From Ignavibacteriota bacterium (GTDB lineage: Bacteria > Bacteroidota > Ignavibacteria > UBA10030 > UBA6906): a stretch of DNA of 64,000 nt. The translations under genes were made by a program, and so were the position numbers. This document shows positions 1-9,378 of this stretch, piece by piece (positions within the stretch are counted from its first letter, which is position 1; each line of letters opens with the position of its first letter). The stretch lies in assembly GCA_963801355.1 (NCBI GenBank), contig CAWDEM010000008.1, positions 2,784,001 to 2,848,000 of the forward strand. The letters run 5' to 3'. The notes below the pieces were generated by a model. That model was not told the origin of the DNA. It saw only the letters and a list, made by a program, of their open reading frames with translations, and did no database searches.

Positions 1-211
1 TGCCCAGCACCAGGACGCGGCCGGCGACACGAACGACCAGAATCGCCTTCTTGGGCTGGAGCGAACGCCTCCCGAGCACCTCGACCTGCACCGGCAGGCG
101 GGCAGACCCCGTCCCGGGCAGTACGAAGCGCTTCACGATATACAACAGCCCCACCATCAGCGCAAGGACTGCCGCTAGAGACAGCACCATTCTGAGAACA
201 ATTCCTTCCAT
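1..211 (-). CDS. fliO: Flagellar biosynthesis protein FliO/FliZ (5' part; runs off window)
   Basis: Manual translation from ATG at 211: MEGIVLRMVLSLAAVLALMVGLLYIVKRFVLPG...VEVLGRRSLQPKKAILVVRVAGRVLVLG. One TM helix plus FliO-like beta region; directly follows fliN. Confidence 0.8.
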   Translation of the reverse strand, partial: MEGIVLRMVLSLAAVLALMVGLLYIVKRFVLPGTGSARLPVQVEVLGRRSLQPKKAILVVRVAGRVLVLG

Positions 212-214
212 CGG

Positions 215-610
215 CTACTTTCCCAGCCCTTTGACGCGTTCCGCGGCGTTCACGAGATTGGTGATCCGGATCCCGAAGTGTTTTTCGATGACCACCACTT
301 CCCCTTCCGCCATCTTCTTCCCGTTGATCAGGACATCGACGGGTTCATTCGCCAGTTTCTCGAATTCGACCACCGAGCCGCGCTGCAGGTCCAGAATGTC
401 GCGGATCATCAGATTCGTCCGGCCCAGCTCGATCGATACCGGCAGGCTCAGATCGATCAGTAGGTCGAGCTTGCGTTCCATCTCCATCGCGGGTCCGGCA
501 CTGGACTCGATCGGCTGAAACTGTGCACCGCGCACTTCCAGCGGTTCGTGGGCGCCGGGGCTTTCCTGCGTCCCGCCGGCAGTTGTGTTCATCGTCGTGG
601 GTTCTTGCAT
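215..610 (-). CDS. fliN: Flagellar motor switch protein FliN
   Basis: SpoA domain LDLLIDLSLPVSIELGRT...EPVDVLINGKKMAEGEVVVIEKHFGIRI. Confidence 0.95.
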   Translation of the reverse strand: MQEPTTMNTTAGGTQESPGAHEPLEVRGAQFQPIESSAGPAMEMERKLDLLIDLSLPVSIELGRTNLMIRDILDLQRGSVVEFEKLANEPVDVLINGKKMAEGEVVVIEKHFGIRITNLVNAAERVKGLGK

Positions 611-614
611 CTCC

Positions 615-1613
615 CTAGTCTCCTGTTGAATGATCCCGTTGAGTGCGTGTGACCTTTAGCGCCATATGCCCCTTCGAAACGCCGGGACGTCCCCACACGC
701 GCGTTTTCGCACCGATCTGCATCTGGATCTCATTGCTGATTGGAATGTTGGTACGTACAATGTCCCCCACTTCCAGCTCCAGCAATTCACGCAACGTCAT
801 GGACGTTTCCCCCAGCAGTCCGGTGACCGGCACTTTCGTCGTGCCCAGCTGCCTGACGATCGGCGCCGACCACTCCGAGTCGCCTTTTACCGGGGACAGG
901 CCGCTGAAATGCTGCACATTCAACTTGGCGAGTACGTCTTCCAGCGCAAACGTGGGGAAGCAGATGTTCATCGGATATTTCTGTGCCCCGATCACCACTT
1001 CAAACGACACCACCAGAACGATTTCGCTGGCAGGCGCGATCTGCACAAACTCGCCTTCGCTCTCCAGACGCTCCAGCTTGAACGAGAGCTCCGCCACCGT
1101 CTTCCACGCACGCTGGATATCTGCGAGGGCCCGCTGCACGATCCCCTTCACGATGCTCTGTTCGATCTTGGTGATCAGCCGTGCGCTCTTTGACCCCACC
1201 GCGACACCCCCCATCAGGTGTTCCACCATGGTGAGCACAAGCTGCGGACTCAGCTCGAGCACCGCGAGGGCATCCGACTCGAGGATACGGAAGACGTACA
1301 GGCAACTGGGACTCGTAATCGAGAGCGCAAACTCGGAATAGAACAGCTGATCAACGGAGAGCACATTGATCGACACTGCGGTCTGCAGGCGGGACACGAG
1401 GTACGATGCCATTGTCTCGGCGAAGTTTTCGTGTACAGCCTGAAACGTGCGCAGCTGGTTCTTGGACAGACGGTGGGGCAGACGGAAGTCAAACGCAATG
1501 GCTTCCCGTTCTGCTTTCTTCTGCTCGCCGGACGCTTCCAAGGTCTCCTTCCTGCCGGCGGACATGTCCGACAGGAGGCTCTCGATTTCTTGTGGTGTAA
1601 GAATTTCAGGCAC
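615..1613 (-). CDS. fliM: Flagellar motor switch protein FliM
   Basis: N-terminal CheY-binding ILTPQEIESLL, DFRLPHRLSK, C-terminal SpoA domain; GTG start. Confidence 0.95.
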   Translation of the reverse strand: MPEILTPQEIESLLSDMSAGRKETLEASGEQKKAEREAIAFDFRLPHRLSKNQLRTFQAVHENFAETMASYLVSRLQTAVSINVLSVDQLFYSEFALSITSPSCLYVFRILESDALAVLELSPQLVLTMVEHLMGGVAVGSKSARLITKIEQSIVKGIVQRALADIQRAWKTVAELSFKLERLESEGEFVQIAPASEIVLVVSFEVVIGAQKYPMNICFPTFALEDVLAKLNVQHFSGLSPVKGDSEWSAPIVRQLGTTKVPVTGLLGETSMTLRELLELEVGDIVRTNIPISNEIQMQIGAKTRVWGRPGVSKGHMALKVTRTQRDHSTGD

Positions 1614-1623
1614 GCGTCACCCG

Positions 1624-2190
1624 TTACTGGATAATGAACTTGCTGAAATACACGTTCGTCAGTACACCACCGCGAAGAATGCTCCCCACCTTCTCCTCGA
1701 TCTCCCTGCGGATTGCCTCGCGCCCATCAACATTCACAATCGTCAGAAGGTCCTTGGAGGTGAGAATGGTGTTGAGTGCATCCCGTACCATGACGTCTTT
1801 GTTTTCAAGTTCTCTGAGCGCCTCAGGCGTGGTCACCTCAAGTCCGATCGTGGTCAGGAGAAATCGCGTTCCGTTGGTGCCGGCGGGATTGACGATAAGG
1901 TCCTTCACTACGTAGATTTTGCCTTCGGGTCGATCTCCGTTTTCCATCCGTGACCCCGCACCCTCTTTCCCTGCCTCCGCCTGTCCCTCGCTCCGTTGCG
2001 CGACGGCGCCTTCAACGCCCTGCGGTGCCGGAGCCAGGAATTTTGTGATCAGGAAGTAGACGATAAGGAGTTGAACGAGGAAGACCGGGACACCGAACAG
2101 GATAAGCTTCCTGATGGGAAGCTTCTGGGCGGGCGCCGCCTCGGGGGTGGCCGGAACGCTTTGCTCCGGCGCTGCTATTGTTTTGGCCAT
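1624..2190 (-). CDS. fliL: Flagellar basal body protein FliL
   Basis: Single TM helix, DLIVNPAGTNGTRFL, terminal VYFSKFIIQ. Start placed at ATG 2190 because the ORF-track GTG at 2244 lies within the predicted promoter. Confidence 0.9.
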   Translation of the reverse strand: MAKTIAAPEQSVPATPEAAPAQKLPIRKLILFGVPVFLVQLLIVYFLITKFLAPAPQGVEGAVAQRSEGQAEAGKEGAGSRMENGDRPEGKIYVVKDLIVNPAGTNGTRFLLTTIGLEVTTPEALRELENKDVMVRDALNTILTSKDLLTIVNVDGREAIRREIEEKVGSILRGGVLTNVYFSKFIIQ

Positions 2191-2227
2191 CGCGTCGACA
2201 GGGATTGTGGCACACTGGGGTCTCTTC

Positions 2228-2243
2228 GTCAAAACCTGTGCCA
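2228..2243 (-). promoter_or_regulatory. sigma54-type -24/-12 promoter (variant -12 GA) for fliLMNO
   Basis: Minus strand TGGCACAGGTTTTGAC (GG-N10-GA), 38 nt upstream of the fliL ATG. Confidence 0.7.
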
Positions 2244-2316
2244 CGAAACGACCTGGAAAACCAAGGCAATCAGGGGCGAATGTGCCCTATTTGGCGGGAA
2301 TGGGGGGGAGAACTGC

Positions 2317-2353
2317 TGGCTAATATGAACCAGGTGGTGGCTACTGTGGACCT
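2317..2353. promoter_or_regulatory. Tandem candidate enhancer (UAS) boxes
   Basis: TGGCTAATATGAACCA (2317) and TGGCTACTGTGGACCT (2338), 21 bp apart; same layout as 13960/13981. Confidence 0.6.
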
Positions 2354-2365
2354 CTTCCTGCGAAT

Positions 2366-2575
2366 TCAGGCCAAATTTCGAGAAACCGGCGCGCAACGAC
2401 GACGATATGCAATAACCTTTTCGATCACCTCGTCGACTGTCTCTTTGACCATCAGCTTCTTGCCCGTCGTTGTCGAGATCAGTGTGTCCGGAGTGCGCTC
2501 GACGAATTCGATCAGGTCCGCGTTCACGACGATCTTCTCGTCCTGCTGCTTCGCCAGCTTGGTCAATTCAATCAT
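2366..2575 (-). CDS. flbD: Flagellar protein FlbD/SwrD family
   Basis: MIELTKL...VNADLIEFVERTPDTLISTTTGKKLMVKETVDEVIEKVIAYRR; follows flgE. Confidence 0.9.
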   Translation of the reverse strand: MIELTKLAKQQDEKIVVNADLIEFVERTPDTLISTTTGKKLMVKETVDEVIEKVIAYRRRCAPVSRNLA

Positions 2576-2662
2576 GGAAGCTCCGCCCTGGAGCCGCCGG
2601 GCACCCCCCCGAGGGGAGCGCCCGACACGCCTCCATCCAAGTGTATGTATGTTGACTCCGGA

Positions 2663-3937
2663 CTACCGCTTCAGGTTCACGAGCTCCTGGAGAAATTCGT
2701 CGCTCGTTGTGATCACCCGCGCGCTGGCCTGGAAGCCGCGCTGGGCGGTAATCATCTTTGTAAACTCGTCGGCAAGGTCAACGTTGGACTGCTCCAGCGC
2801 CCCGGCGTAGATTTCGGACGTCTCTCCCGCGCTGATGATGGAAGGATTTCCGGAATTCCCGGTGATGCTGAACAAGTTGCTGCCAGCCTTCATCAAACCG
2901 CCCGGATTGCCGAAATCAGCGAGCATGATCTGTCCCAGGGTCTGCAGGGTATCGTTTGTGAATGACCCGGAGATCTGTCCGTACTGATCGATGCTGATGT
3001 TCTTGAGGGTTCCTGATGTGTAGCCGTCCTGGCTCTTCAGTGACACTGCGGATGAAGTTCCCGTCTGTGTCAAGCCGGAGAATTCACCGACCGTTCCGAA
3101 GTCGAGAGCGATGCTCATCGGAGCGGCTCCTGCGGGCGGCGCGAACGTGATCGGACTTCCTGTTGTGCCCGCCAGGCGGCCGTTCGTGTCAAAGCTTACG
3201 GTGCCCTGCCCGACCGGGATTCCCGGCGCCGTGGACGAAGCGCCCGGGATGCTGGCGGCCCAATTCCAGGTGTTCTCACCGCTCTTGGTGAATTCAAGCG
3301 TCAGCGTCATCTGGTTACCCAGGGAGTCGAAGGCGGAGACATTGGTCTTGTAGATTCCACCCGTCGGCGGCGGTCCGGCATTGTAGACCGCCGACGAGGA
3401 ATCCAGGTTCCCCGAATATGAGATCTTCGAAGTCGCCCTGGCCGGAGACTTGATCGCGCTGTCGATGATGATGTCCTGCAGTGCCGTCCCCTGCGAGATG
3501 ACACCCTGGGCATCTGCCATTTTCCCCTGCAACACCGCGCCGGATCCGTTGACCAGGCGGCCGTTGGCATCCGGCAGGAAATCGCCGGCCCTGGTGTACA
3601 TCGTCTGGCCGCTTTGCTTGACAATAAAGAACGACGACCCCACCAGTGCGAGATCGTAGGGATTCCCCGTGTTCTCGACGCTCCCCTGGGTGAACTGCGT
3701 ATCCAGGGTGTTCACCGCCATGCCCAGGCCCACCTGCATCGGGTTGGTGCCGCCCAGGGTATCGGTCGGCCGGCTTGCACCGCGCAGCGTCTGCGCGTAC
3801 ATCTCACTGAACGTCGCCCGCCCGCTCTTGAACCCCACCGTATTGACGTTGGCAATATTATTGCCGATGACGTCCATCATAATCTGATGGTTCCGCAACG
3901 CGGACACGCCCGAGAACAACGAACGCAAAAAAGCCAT
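2663..3937 (-). CDS. flgE: Flagellar hook protein FlgE
   Basis: SLFSGVSAL...MDVIGNNIANVNTVGFK; C-terminal GALEQSNVDLADEFTKMITAQRGFQASARVITTSD. Confidence 0.97.
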   Translation of the reverse strand: MAFLRSLFSGVSALRNHQIMMDVIGNNIANVNTVGFKSGRATFSEMYAQTLRGASRPTDTLGGTNPMQVGLGMAVNTLDTQFTQGSVENTGNPYDLALVGSSFFIVKQSGQTMYTRAGDFLPDANGRLVNGSGAVLQGKMADAQGVISQGTALQDIIIDSAIKSPARATSKISYSGNLDSSSAVYNAGPPPTGGIYKTNVSAFDSLGNQMTLTLEFTKSGENTWNWAASIPGASSTAPGIPVGQGTVSFDTNGRLAGTTGSPITFAPPAGAAPMSIALDFGTVGEFSGLTQTGTSSAVSLKSQDGYTSGTLKNISIDQYGQISGSFTNDTLQTLGQIMLADFGNPGGLMKAGSNLFSITGNSGNPSIISAGETSEIYAGALEQSNVDLADEFTKMITAQRGFQASARVITTSDEFLQELVNLKR

Positions 3938-4043
3938 TGTAGTACCCTCCACTCACTGTTTGTTGGTAAATGTTTCGTCAGACTTCAGTCGGTCAGTCCG
4001 ACGGGAGGGGCCTCCTCTTTCGAGAGGGCCGGCCCCGGTTCTG

Positions 4044-4436
4044 CTACGCTTGTGCGATTACTGCGCTGTCAATGTTGGTGAACACGTTCTCTTTGATGTG
4101 CACACCGTCCACCGCTGTTACCACGGTTCTGTTCGTGACGCTGACGATGAATGCCAGGTCCCTGAGCAGAACGAGCGAATCCTTCGCTCCCTTCTCTTCC
4201 GCCTGCGTCACCGCGCGCTGAAGACTCGCCATATCCGCTTCGTTCAGCCGGATTTGACGCGAATCCAACCGCTCCTGTGCATGCCTCGAGAATTTGAGAC
4301 CGCGGAGTTCTTCCTGAAGGACGTTCTCGAAAGCCTTCTCCGGCACCTTGCCGGCAGGAGGCCGCTCTTTGAAGCCTTCGACACCGCGGGCAGGAACGAA
4401 TGGCACCCGCACGCCATTGATGTATGTGTCAGCCAT
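4044..4436 (-). CDS. Flagellar operon protein (TIGR02530 type)
   Basis: LKFSRHAQERL...KGAKDSLVL...IVSVTNRTVVTA...NVFTNIDSAVI between flgD and flgE. Confidence 0.88.
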   Translation of the reverse strand: MADTYINGVRVPFVPARGVEGFKERPPAGKVPEKAFENVLQEELRGLKFSRHAQERLDSRQIRLNEADMASLQRAVTQAEEKGAKDSLVLLRDLAFIVSVTNRTVVTAVDGVHIKENVFTNIDSAVIAQA

Positions 4437-5118
4437 TGCCCTTTCCATTCAAGATTTCGATGATTTGTGATAGGGGGACCTCCATGCCGTCGACAACGAA
4501 CACGGTTCCGTCGGATGTGAACCGAACGCCGCTGACCATACCGTACAGGTATGTGGTTGCGGTGACCTTCGTACCGGCCGCATCAACAGCCTCCACGCTG
4601 AATGTATAGGTCCCCGATGCCACATGGTTTCCCGCTTCATCCAGCCCATCCCATGTGACAGTGCCGTCCCCTTTCGTCGCACCGTCAACGGCCAGCGTCC
4701 GGACAAGGAGGCCGTTCGCATCGCGAATGCTGACCTTGACCGAAGCGGCATCGGCTGACAGCGAATAACCAAGATGCATGTCGCCGCTTGCCGATACGGA
4801 GAATGCGTTGCCTGAGGCCTTCACGTTCTTCCCGATCATCGTCGCTGCAAGTGCATTGCCGATAGACTGGGCCATCAGTTGATTGGTGGTAATGCTTTCC
4901 GAAAGGCTGCTGTTAATGTTGGTCAGCTGTTCCACCGAGCTGAACTGTGCCAGCTGCGTCGCAAACTCCGTCCCCTTCATCGGGTCCAGCGGATCCTGAT
5001 TACGCAACTGCACGATCAACAACTTCAAGAAATCGTCCTTCCCCATCACGCTCTTTCCCGTGGTGGCAGCCGTTGAAGTTGTTGATGCCAAAGGAAGCGT
5101 TGTGTACGTTGTGCTCAT
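4429..5118 (-). CDS. flgD: Flagellar hook capping protein FlgD
   Basis: MGKDDFLKLLIVQLRNQDPLDPM...QLAQFSSVEQL; FlgD-Ig WDGLDEAG. Confidence 0.96.
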   Translation of the reverse strand: MSTTYTTLPLASTTSTAATTGKSVMGKDDFLKLLIVQLRNQDPLDPMKGTEFATQLAQFSSVEQLTNINSSLSESITTNQLMAQSIGNALAATMIGKNVKASGNAFSVSASGDMHLGYSLSADAASVKVSIRDANGLLVRTLAVDGATKGDGTVTWDGLDEAGNHVASGTYTFSVEAVDAAGTKVTATTYLYGMVSGVRFTSDGTVFVVDGMEVPLSQIIEILNGKGNG

Positions 5119-5128
5119 TGATGCCTCC

Positions 5129-6325
5129 TCACATGACCACTTCCATGGTGTTGTAGCCCATCAACCGGCCCGTTGCGTACCGGTCGACCGCCTCGACGGC
5201 AAGGTCTTCCGGCGTGCCATCCTGACGGCGGTAGTGCTCACTCCGGTCACTGCCGGCATCACGTGCCGTGGAATGTCCGCCGAAAGAGATGTCCAGCTGC
5301 TGAACGTCTATACCATGGCTGTTGAGATCCAACCGCAATTGACCGAGATTGCTGTCCAGTGCTGTCTTCACCGCAGCGTTGGACACATCGATCTGCGCCT
5401 GCAGCTGGCCCTTTTCCATCCGCACATTGAGCGTCACTTCACCGAGCGATGCGGGCTCCAGCCTGATGCGCATTTCCGCGGTTTCTCCGCGCACCTGCAG
5501 GACGGCTTCTTTCACCACCTGGTCGATCACATTGCGCGCTGTTTCGGCCGAGAGTGTGGTCAGGAAATCCGGCACGTGCGGTGACACCGGCTCCCCCTGG
5601 ATGAGGGACGGTTTTACGGGAGTGAACTGCATCTGCGCGTGGTGGAATGGATTCTTTCCCGTATCGCCTAGATGCGATTCCGGTTCCGCCGCCGGTCGTG
5701 CCGGGATGATCGTGCCTGCCGGTACTGCTTTTACGACCCCGGGACCCGGCGCATCCGCATCAACAACCTCCGCCTGCGCCTGCACGGGAGTCACGACGGC
5801 AGCGGACTGCGGCTTCTTGCTTGCCTCAGACGGACGCGTGACATCCGTGTTATTCTGCACGACGGGTACTACGAGATCCTCCTTGACCTTCGTGCTGTTC
5901 GCCGGTGGCGGTGGATCGGGCAGGACGGCTTTCTCCTTCCCCGGGGGGGAGGAATCCGTGGGCGTCAACGGGGGAAAGACGGGAATCTCCGGCTGCTCCG
6001 GTGCAATGGAGCCTGCAATAGATGGGAGGATCGAGCCATCCCGGGCGTTCGGGACCGGCGCGAGGTTGCCACTCGCGGCATTGCCGTCTGTGATCTCGCC
6101 ACCCGTAGTGTTGCCCCCTCCTCCCGAATCCTGGACGGTGAGCAGAGGAGGCGTCGGCATTGCCGATGCCATCTGCAATGAACCCCCGACCATCATGAGT
6201 TGCAGAATACCGAGGAACCCATCCGTCTCCGCCGAAGTCTCCGCGGGTCCGGGAGGCCGGCCTGCCAATCCCTTCACCTCCGGCGTTTCGCCGCCCGGTG
6301 CAAGGAGTGTGGCCAAACCAATCAT
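5129..6325 (-). CDS. fliK: Flagellar hook-length control protein FliK
   Basis: Pro/Ala-rich N-terminus; C-terminal IRLEPASLGEVTLNVRM domain; lies just upstream of flgD. Confidence 0.88.
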   Translation of the reverse strand: MIGLATLLAPGGETPEVKGLAGRPPGPAETSAETDGFLGILQLMMVGGSLQMASAMPTPPLLTVQDSGGGGNTTGGEITDGNAASGNLAPVPNARDGSILPSIAGSIAPEQPEIPVFPPLTPTDSSPPGKEKAVLPDPPPPANSTKVKEDLVVPVVQNNTDVTRPSEASKKPQSAAVVTPVQAQAEVVDADAPGPGVVKAVPAGTIIPARPAAEPESHLGDTGKNPFHHAQMQFTPVKPSLIQGEPVSPHVPDFLTTLSAETARNVIDQVVKEAVLQVRGETAEMRIRLEPASLGEVTLNVRMEKGQLQAQIDVSNAAVKTALDSNLGQLRLDLNSHGIDVQQLDISFGGHSTARDAGSDRSEHYRRQDGTPEDLAVEAVDRYATGRLMGYNTMEVVM

Positions 6326-6329
6326 GGTG

Positions 6330-6863
6330 TTACCTCATAATGCGCGCGGCGCGATCCGGTTGGAGCGCTGCCAGGATCTTTGCCGCCTGGCGCTTTTTCA
6401 TAGTGAGTAGACAGGTTTTGACATCACCGTCCGGGAAATCGTTCAGGATCCGGGCAGCGCTCGTCGGATCCATATTTTCCAGGACCTTTGCCATGGACTT
6501 GCGTTGTTCTCGTTGCGTGCTGTCCGCTGCAGCACTCGCCTTCTGGCTACTGTCCATGACCGCACGGAGCTGTTCCGCGAGCAGAGCGGATTTCCTGCGC
6601 TCGTCCTGGAGCGCCAGCTGTACCACTGATGTGGAGTCTCCCTCCGCAGGGGGAGTGAACGCGGCACCAACGGAATCCGCCGCTATGAGTTCCTGGAGTG
6701 TCGGACCATACATGACACCTGCGGACGCCTTCACCGCCGGAACACCGGCAGGCACAACCGTATCGGAGGCCGCCGGGCGCAACACCACAAAGACCACTGC
6801 CATGATCGCCGTGGAAATCGTCGTGGCGCCGAGAACCATGATGTAGGGAAGCAGTCTTTTCAT
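6330..6863 (-). CDS. MotE/YlxF-like flagellar protein (MgtE N-terminal-like helical repeat)
   Basis: N-terminal TM helix, coiled coil, AKVLENMDPTSAARIL...MKKRQAAKILAAL; between fliJ and fliK. Confidence 0.75.
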   Translation of the reverse strand: MKRLLPYIMVLGATTISTAIMAVVFVVLRPAASDTVVPAGVPAVKASAGVMYGPTLQELIAADSVGAAFTPPAEGDSTSVVQLALQDERRKSALLAEQLRAVMDSSQKASAAADSTQREQRKSMAKVLENMDPTSAARILNDFPDGDVKTCLLTMKKRQAAKILAALQPDRAARIMR

Positions 6864-6867
6864 ATGC

Positions 6868-7302
6868 CTACACCTCCGACTTGATGCGTTGCGCGAGGAT
6901 GTCCATCACCCGTTGGGCCTTTCGTTCCTGTTCCTTCTCGTGCTCCTCTTTGCGACGCTGGTCGATGATTTCGATCATATGCTTCGACTGTGACTTCTCC
7001 AGCAGCTCCCCGCGTTTCCCCTCTTCCTGGGAGATGATCGCCTGGACCTTTTCCTCCTGCCGCCGAATCTGGCGTGACAGGCTCTGGATGAAGGCATGAC
7101 TGGTTTGAAGGTTCACGGCCTTGGTCTTCAGTCTCCTCACAGCGTCCGACATTGCCGTACTCTGCCGTTCCTCGAGCGATGTCAGCGTACCCTCTTCCTG
7201 CGCACGGTTCACCGTGATCACAGCGAGTTCACGCTGGGCACGCTTCACCTGGAAGTCTTTGACGCGGATGACGGTCTGAAAATGTGATTCGGACACTCGC
7301 AT
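6868..7302 (-). CDS. fliJ: Flagellar export protein FliJ
   Basis: 144 aa coiled coil immediately after fliI; FQTVIRVK start and EQERKAQRVMD end. Confidence 0.8.
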   Translation of the reverse strand: MRVSESHFQTVIRVKDFQVKRAQRELAVITVNRAQEEGTLTSLEERQSTAMSDAVRRLKTKAVNLQTSHAFIQSLSRQIRRQEEKVQAIISQEEGKRGELLEKSQSKHMIEIIDQRRKEEHEKEQERKAQRVMDILAQRIKSEV

Positions 7303-7309
7303 ACAGTTC

Positions 7310-8674
7310 TCAGTTTGCCATGATACCGATCAGTTGCGCAATGCTCTCATCAAATTCCGCTTTCTCGCCGGCCTTTTGACGGAGGAACGCCCGTATCTTT
7401 TCCCAATTCCGCAACGCCTCGTCGATACGGGGATTACTGCCTTTCACGTAGGCCCCGATGTTGATCAGGTCCTCCGCTTCCCTGTAGGTTGCCATCATGT
7501 CAAGCAGCCGGTGTGCCGACTGACGGTGCTCGTCCGTGGTGATCGCCGGCATCACGCGGCTCACGCTCTCCAGCACGTCGACCGCCGGATAATGCCCCGA
7601 AGAGGCGAGGCGGCGGGACAGCACAATATGCCCGTCCAGAATCGAACGCACGGCATCGGCCACCGGATCCGTCATATCATCGCCTTCCACCAGCACAGTG
7701 TACATACCGGTGATGCTCCCGCGCCTGGCATTGCCCGCGCGTTCGAGGAGCTTTGGCAGCATCGCAAACACCGACGGCGTATACCCCTTGGTGGTCGGCG
7801 GCTCACCGATTGCCAGTCCGATTTCCCGTTGTGCCATTGCCAGGCGGGTGACCGAATCCATCAGCAACATCACATGCATGCCCCGGTCGCGGAAGTGTTC
7901 CGCAATCGTGGTCGCAAGAAATGCCGCCTTGAGCCGGATGAGTGCCGCCTTATCACTGGTGGCGACCACGACGACCGACCGCTTGAGTCCTTCGGGTCCC
8001 AGTTCATGATCCATGAACTCGGCAACCTCGCGTCCCCGCTCTCCCACAAGTGCGATGACGTTGACCTCCGCGCTTGTGTTGCGCGCGATCATGCCGAGCA
8101 TCACGCTTTTCCCCACGCCGCTCCCGGCGAAGATACCCACGCGCTGCCCGTTCCCGCAGGTCAGCAGGGCATCGATGGACCGGATGCCCGTGCGCACAGG
8201 CCGGGTGATGCGCTGTCGTTCGAGCGGGTTCGGCGGTGCATTGTAAATTGACCGCATTTCCCTCGTGACAATCGGACCTTTCCCGTCAATGGGGTTGCCG
8301 AGCCCGTCGATCACACGCCCCAGCAACTCTTCTCCTACATTTGTGGACAGCGCGCGGTCCGTCGCGACAATCTCGCTGCCCGGCCCGACCCGCGCCGCAT
8401 CCCCCAGAATCATTGAGAGCACGCGATTGTCACGAAACCCCACAACTTCCGACTGACAGAGATCCTGCCCGTCCCGTGATTTGATCATGCAGAGGTCACC
8501 CAGGGAGCAATTCGGGCCCGCCGATTCAATCACGAGACCGATCACCTGCTTGACACTCCCGTTCACTTTCAGCAAGTCGGTGTGCCGCAGTCTGGTCACA
8601 TAGTCCGCAAGAGAGGAATGCGGCTGTTCCTCTGCGGTCCACAGTGCGGACTGGAGCGTTGCCGGCGCGTTCAT
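7310..8674 (-). CDS. fliI: Flagellar export ATPase FliI
   Basis: Walker A GIFAGSGVGKS, ALVGERGREV, LMDSVTR, ILDGHIVLSR. Confidence 0.97.
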   Translation of the reverse strand: MNAPATLQSALWTAEEQPHSSLADYVTRLRHTDLLKVNGSVKQVIGLVIESAGPNCSLGDLCMIKSRDGQDLCQSEVVGFRDNRVLSMILGDAARVGPGSEIVATDRALSTNVGEELLGRVIDGLGNPIDGKGPIVTREMRSIYNAPPNPLERQRITRPVRTGIRSIDALLTCGNGQRVGIFAGSGVGKSVMLGMIARNTSAEVNVIALVGERGREVAEFMDHELGPEGLKRSVVVVATSDKAALIRLKAAFLATTIAEHFRDRGMHVMLLMDSVTRLAMAQREIGLAIGEPPTTKGYTPSVFAMLPKLLERAGNARRGSITGMYTVLVEGDDMTDPVADAVRSILDGHIVLSRRLASSGHYPAVDVLESVSRVMPAITTDEHRQSAHRLLDMMATYREAEDLINIGAYVKGSNPRIDEALRNWEKIRAFLRQKAGEKAEFDESIAQLIGIMAN

Positions 8675-9378
8675 GGAAGCATCTCCGCGCCGTTGCGCGG
8701 CAACCCGAAGAGCGACGATTCTATCTGCCGGAGTTGTGTGGAGATCCGGGCGTCGACATTTCCCGATGTGCTCTCGATAATGCAGCCGCCCCGTTCCACC
8801 CCCTCATCCGTTTCAATCACCAGATCCCGGAGATTGTCGAGCGACGCCAGGAACACCCCCCGGTGGGACCGCACAACAGCTTCGTCGGAGGGATGCACAC
8901 GGAGTTTGATCGATTCGACACCGACGATGCGCTGGATGGCTTCTTTGATCTGGGTGATGACGATGTCATCTGTCAGCGTCACCTCGCGCCGGATAATCCG
9001 TTCCGCAACGGCAAGGGCAAACCGGTAGGCATCCTGTTCAACGCTCTGCTGGAGCTCCTTCATCTGACGTGCGAGACCGGCGATCATCAGGGTGGTTCGC
9101 CGGGCCTCTTCCGCGTGCATATGCGCCAGCGCTTCGCGGAATTCTCCATCCGCGATCCGCTTCCCTTCTTCCACACCCCTGGTGTACGCTTCAGCGGGAT
9201 CGTCCGCCGGCAGTGGACACACGGGGCATGCACCGGACACAACCGATGCACCCGGACCGGCCCATGACGTTTCCTCCGCACCGCCGGCGGGCTCCACGGG
9301 GACCGGCTGCGGTGTGTGCATACGCAACAGTGTTATGCGCGCCCGGGAATCGCGGCGCATGTGAATGACCTCAGACAA
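8671..9378 (-). CDS. fliH: Flagellar assembly protein FliH
   Basis: AYTRGVEEG, LRVHPSD, GGCIIESTSGNVDARISTQL; TTG start overlapping the fliG end. Confidence 0.9.
   Translation of the reverse strand: MSEVIHMRRDSRARITLLRMHTPQPVPVEPAGGAEETSWAGPGASVVSGACPVCPLPADDPAEAYTRGVEEGKRIADGEFREALAHMHAEEARRTTLMIAGLARQMKELQQSVEQDAYRFALAVAERIIRREVTLTDDIVITQIKEAIQRIVGVESIKLRVHPSDEAVVRSHRGVFLASLDNLRDLVIETDEGVERGGCIIESTSGNVDARISTQLRQIESSLFGLPRNGAEMLP

Noticed and set aside
9200-9245. CPVCP motif in the FliH N-terminus as a metal site
   Set aside because: A single CxxC in a variable low-complexity linker with no partner ligands; cannot be supported without orthologues.
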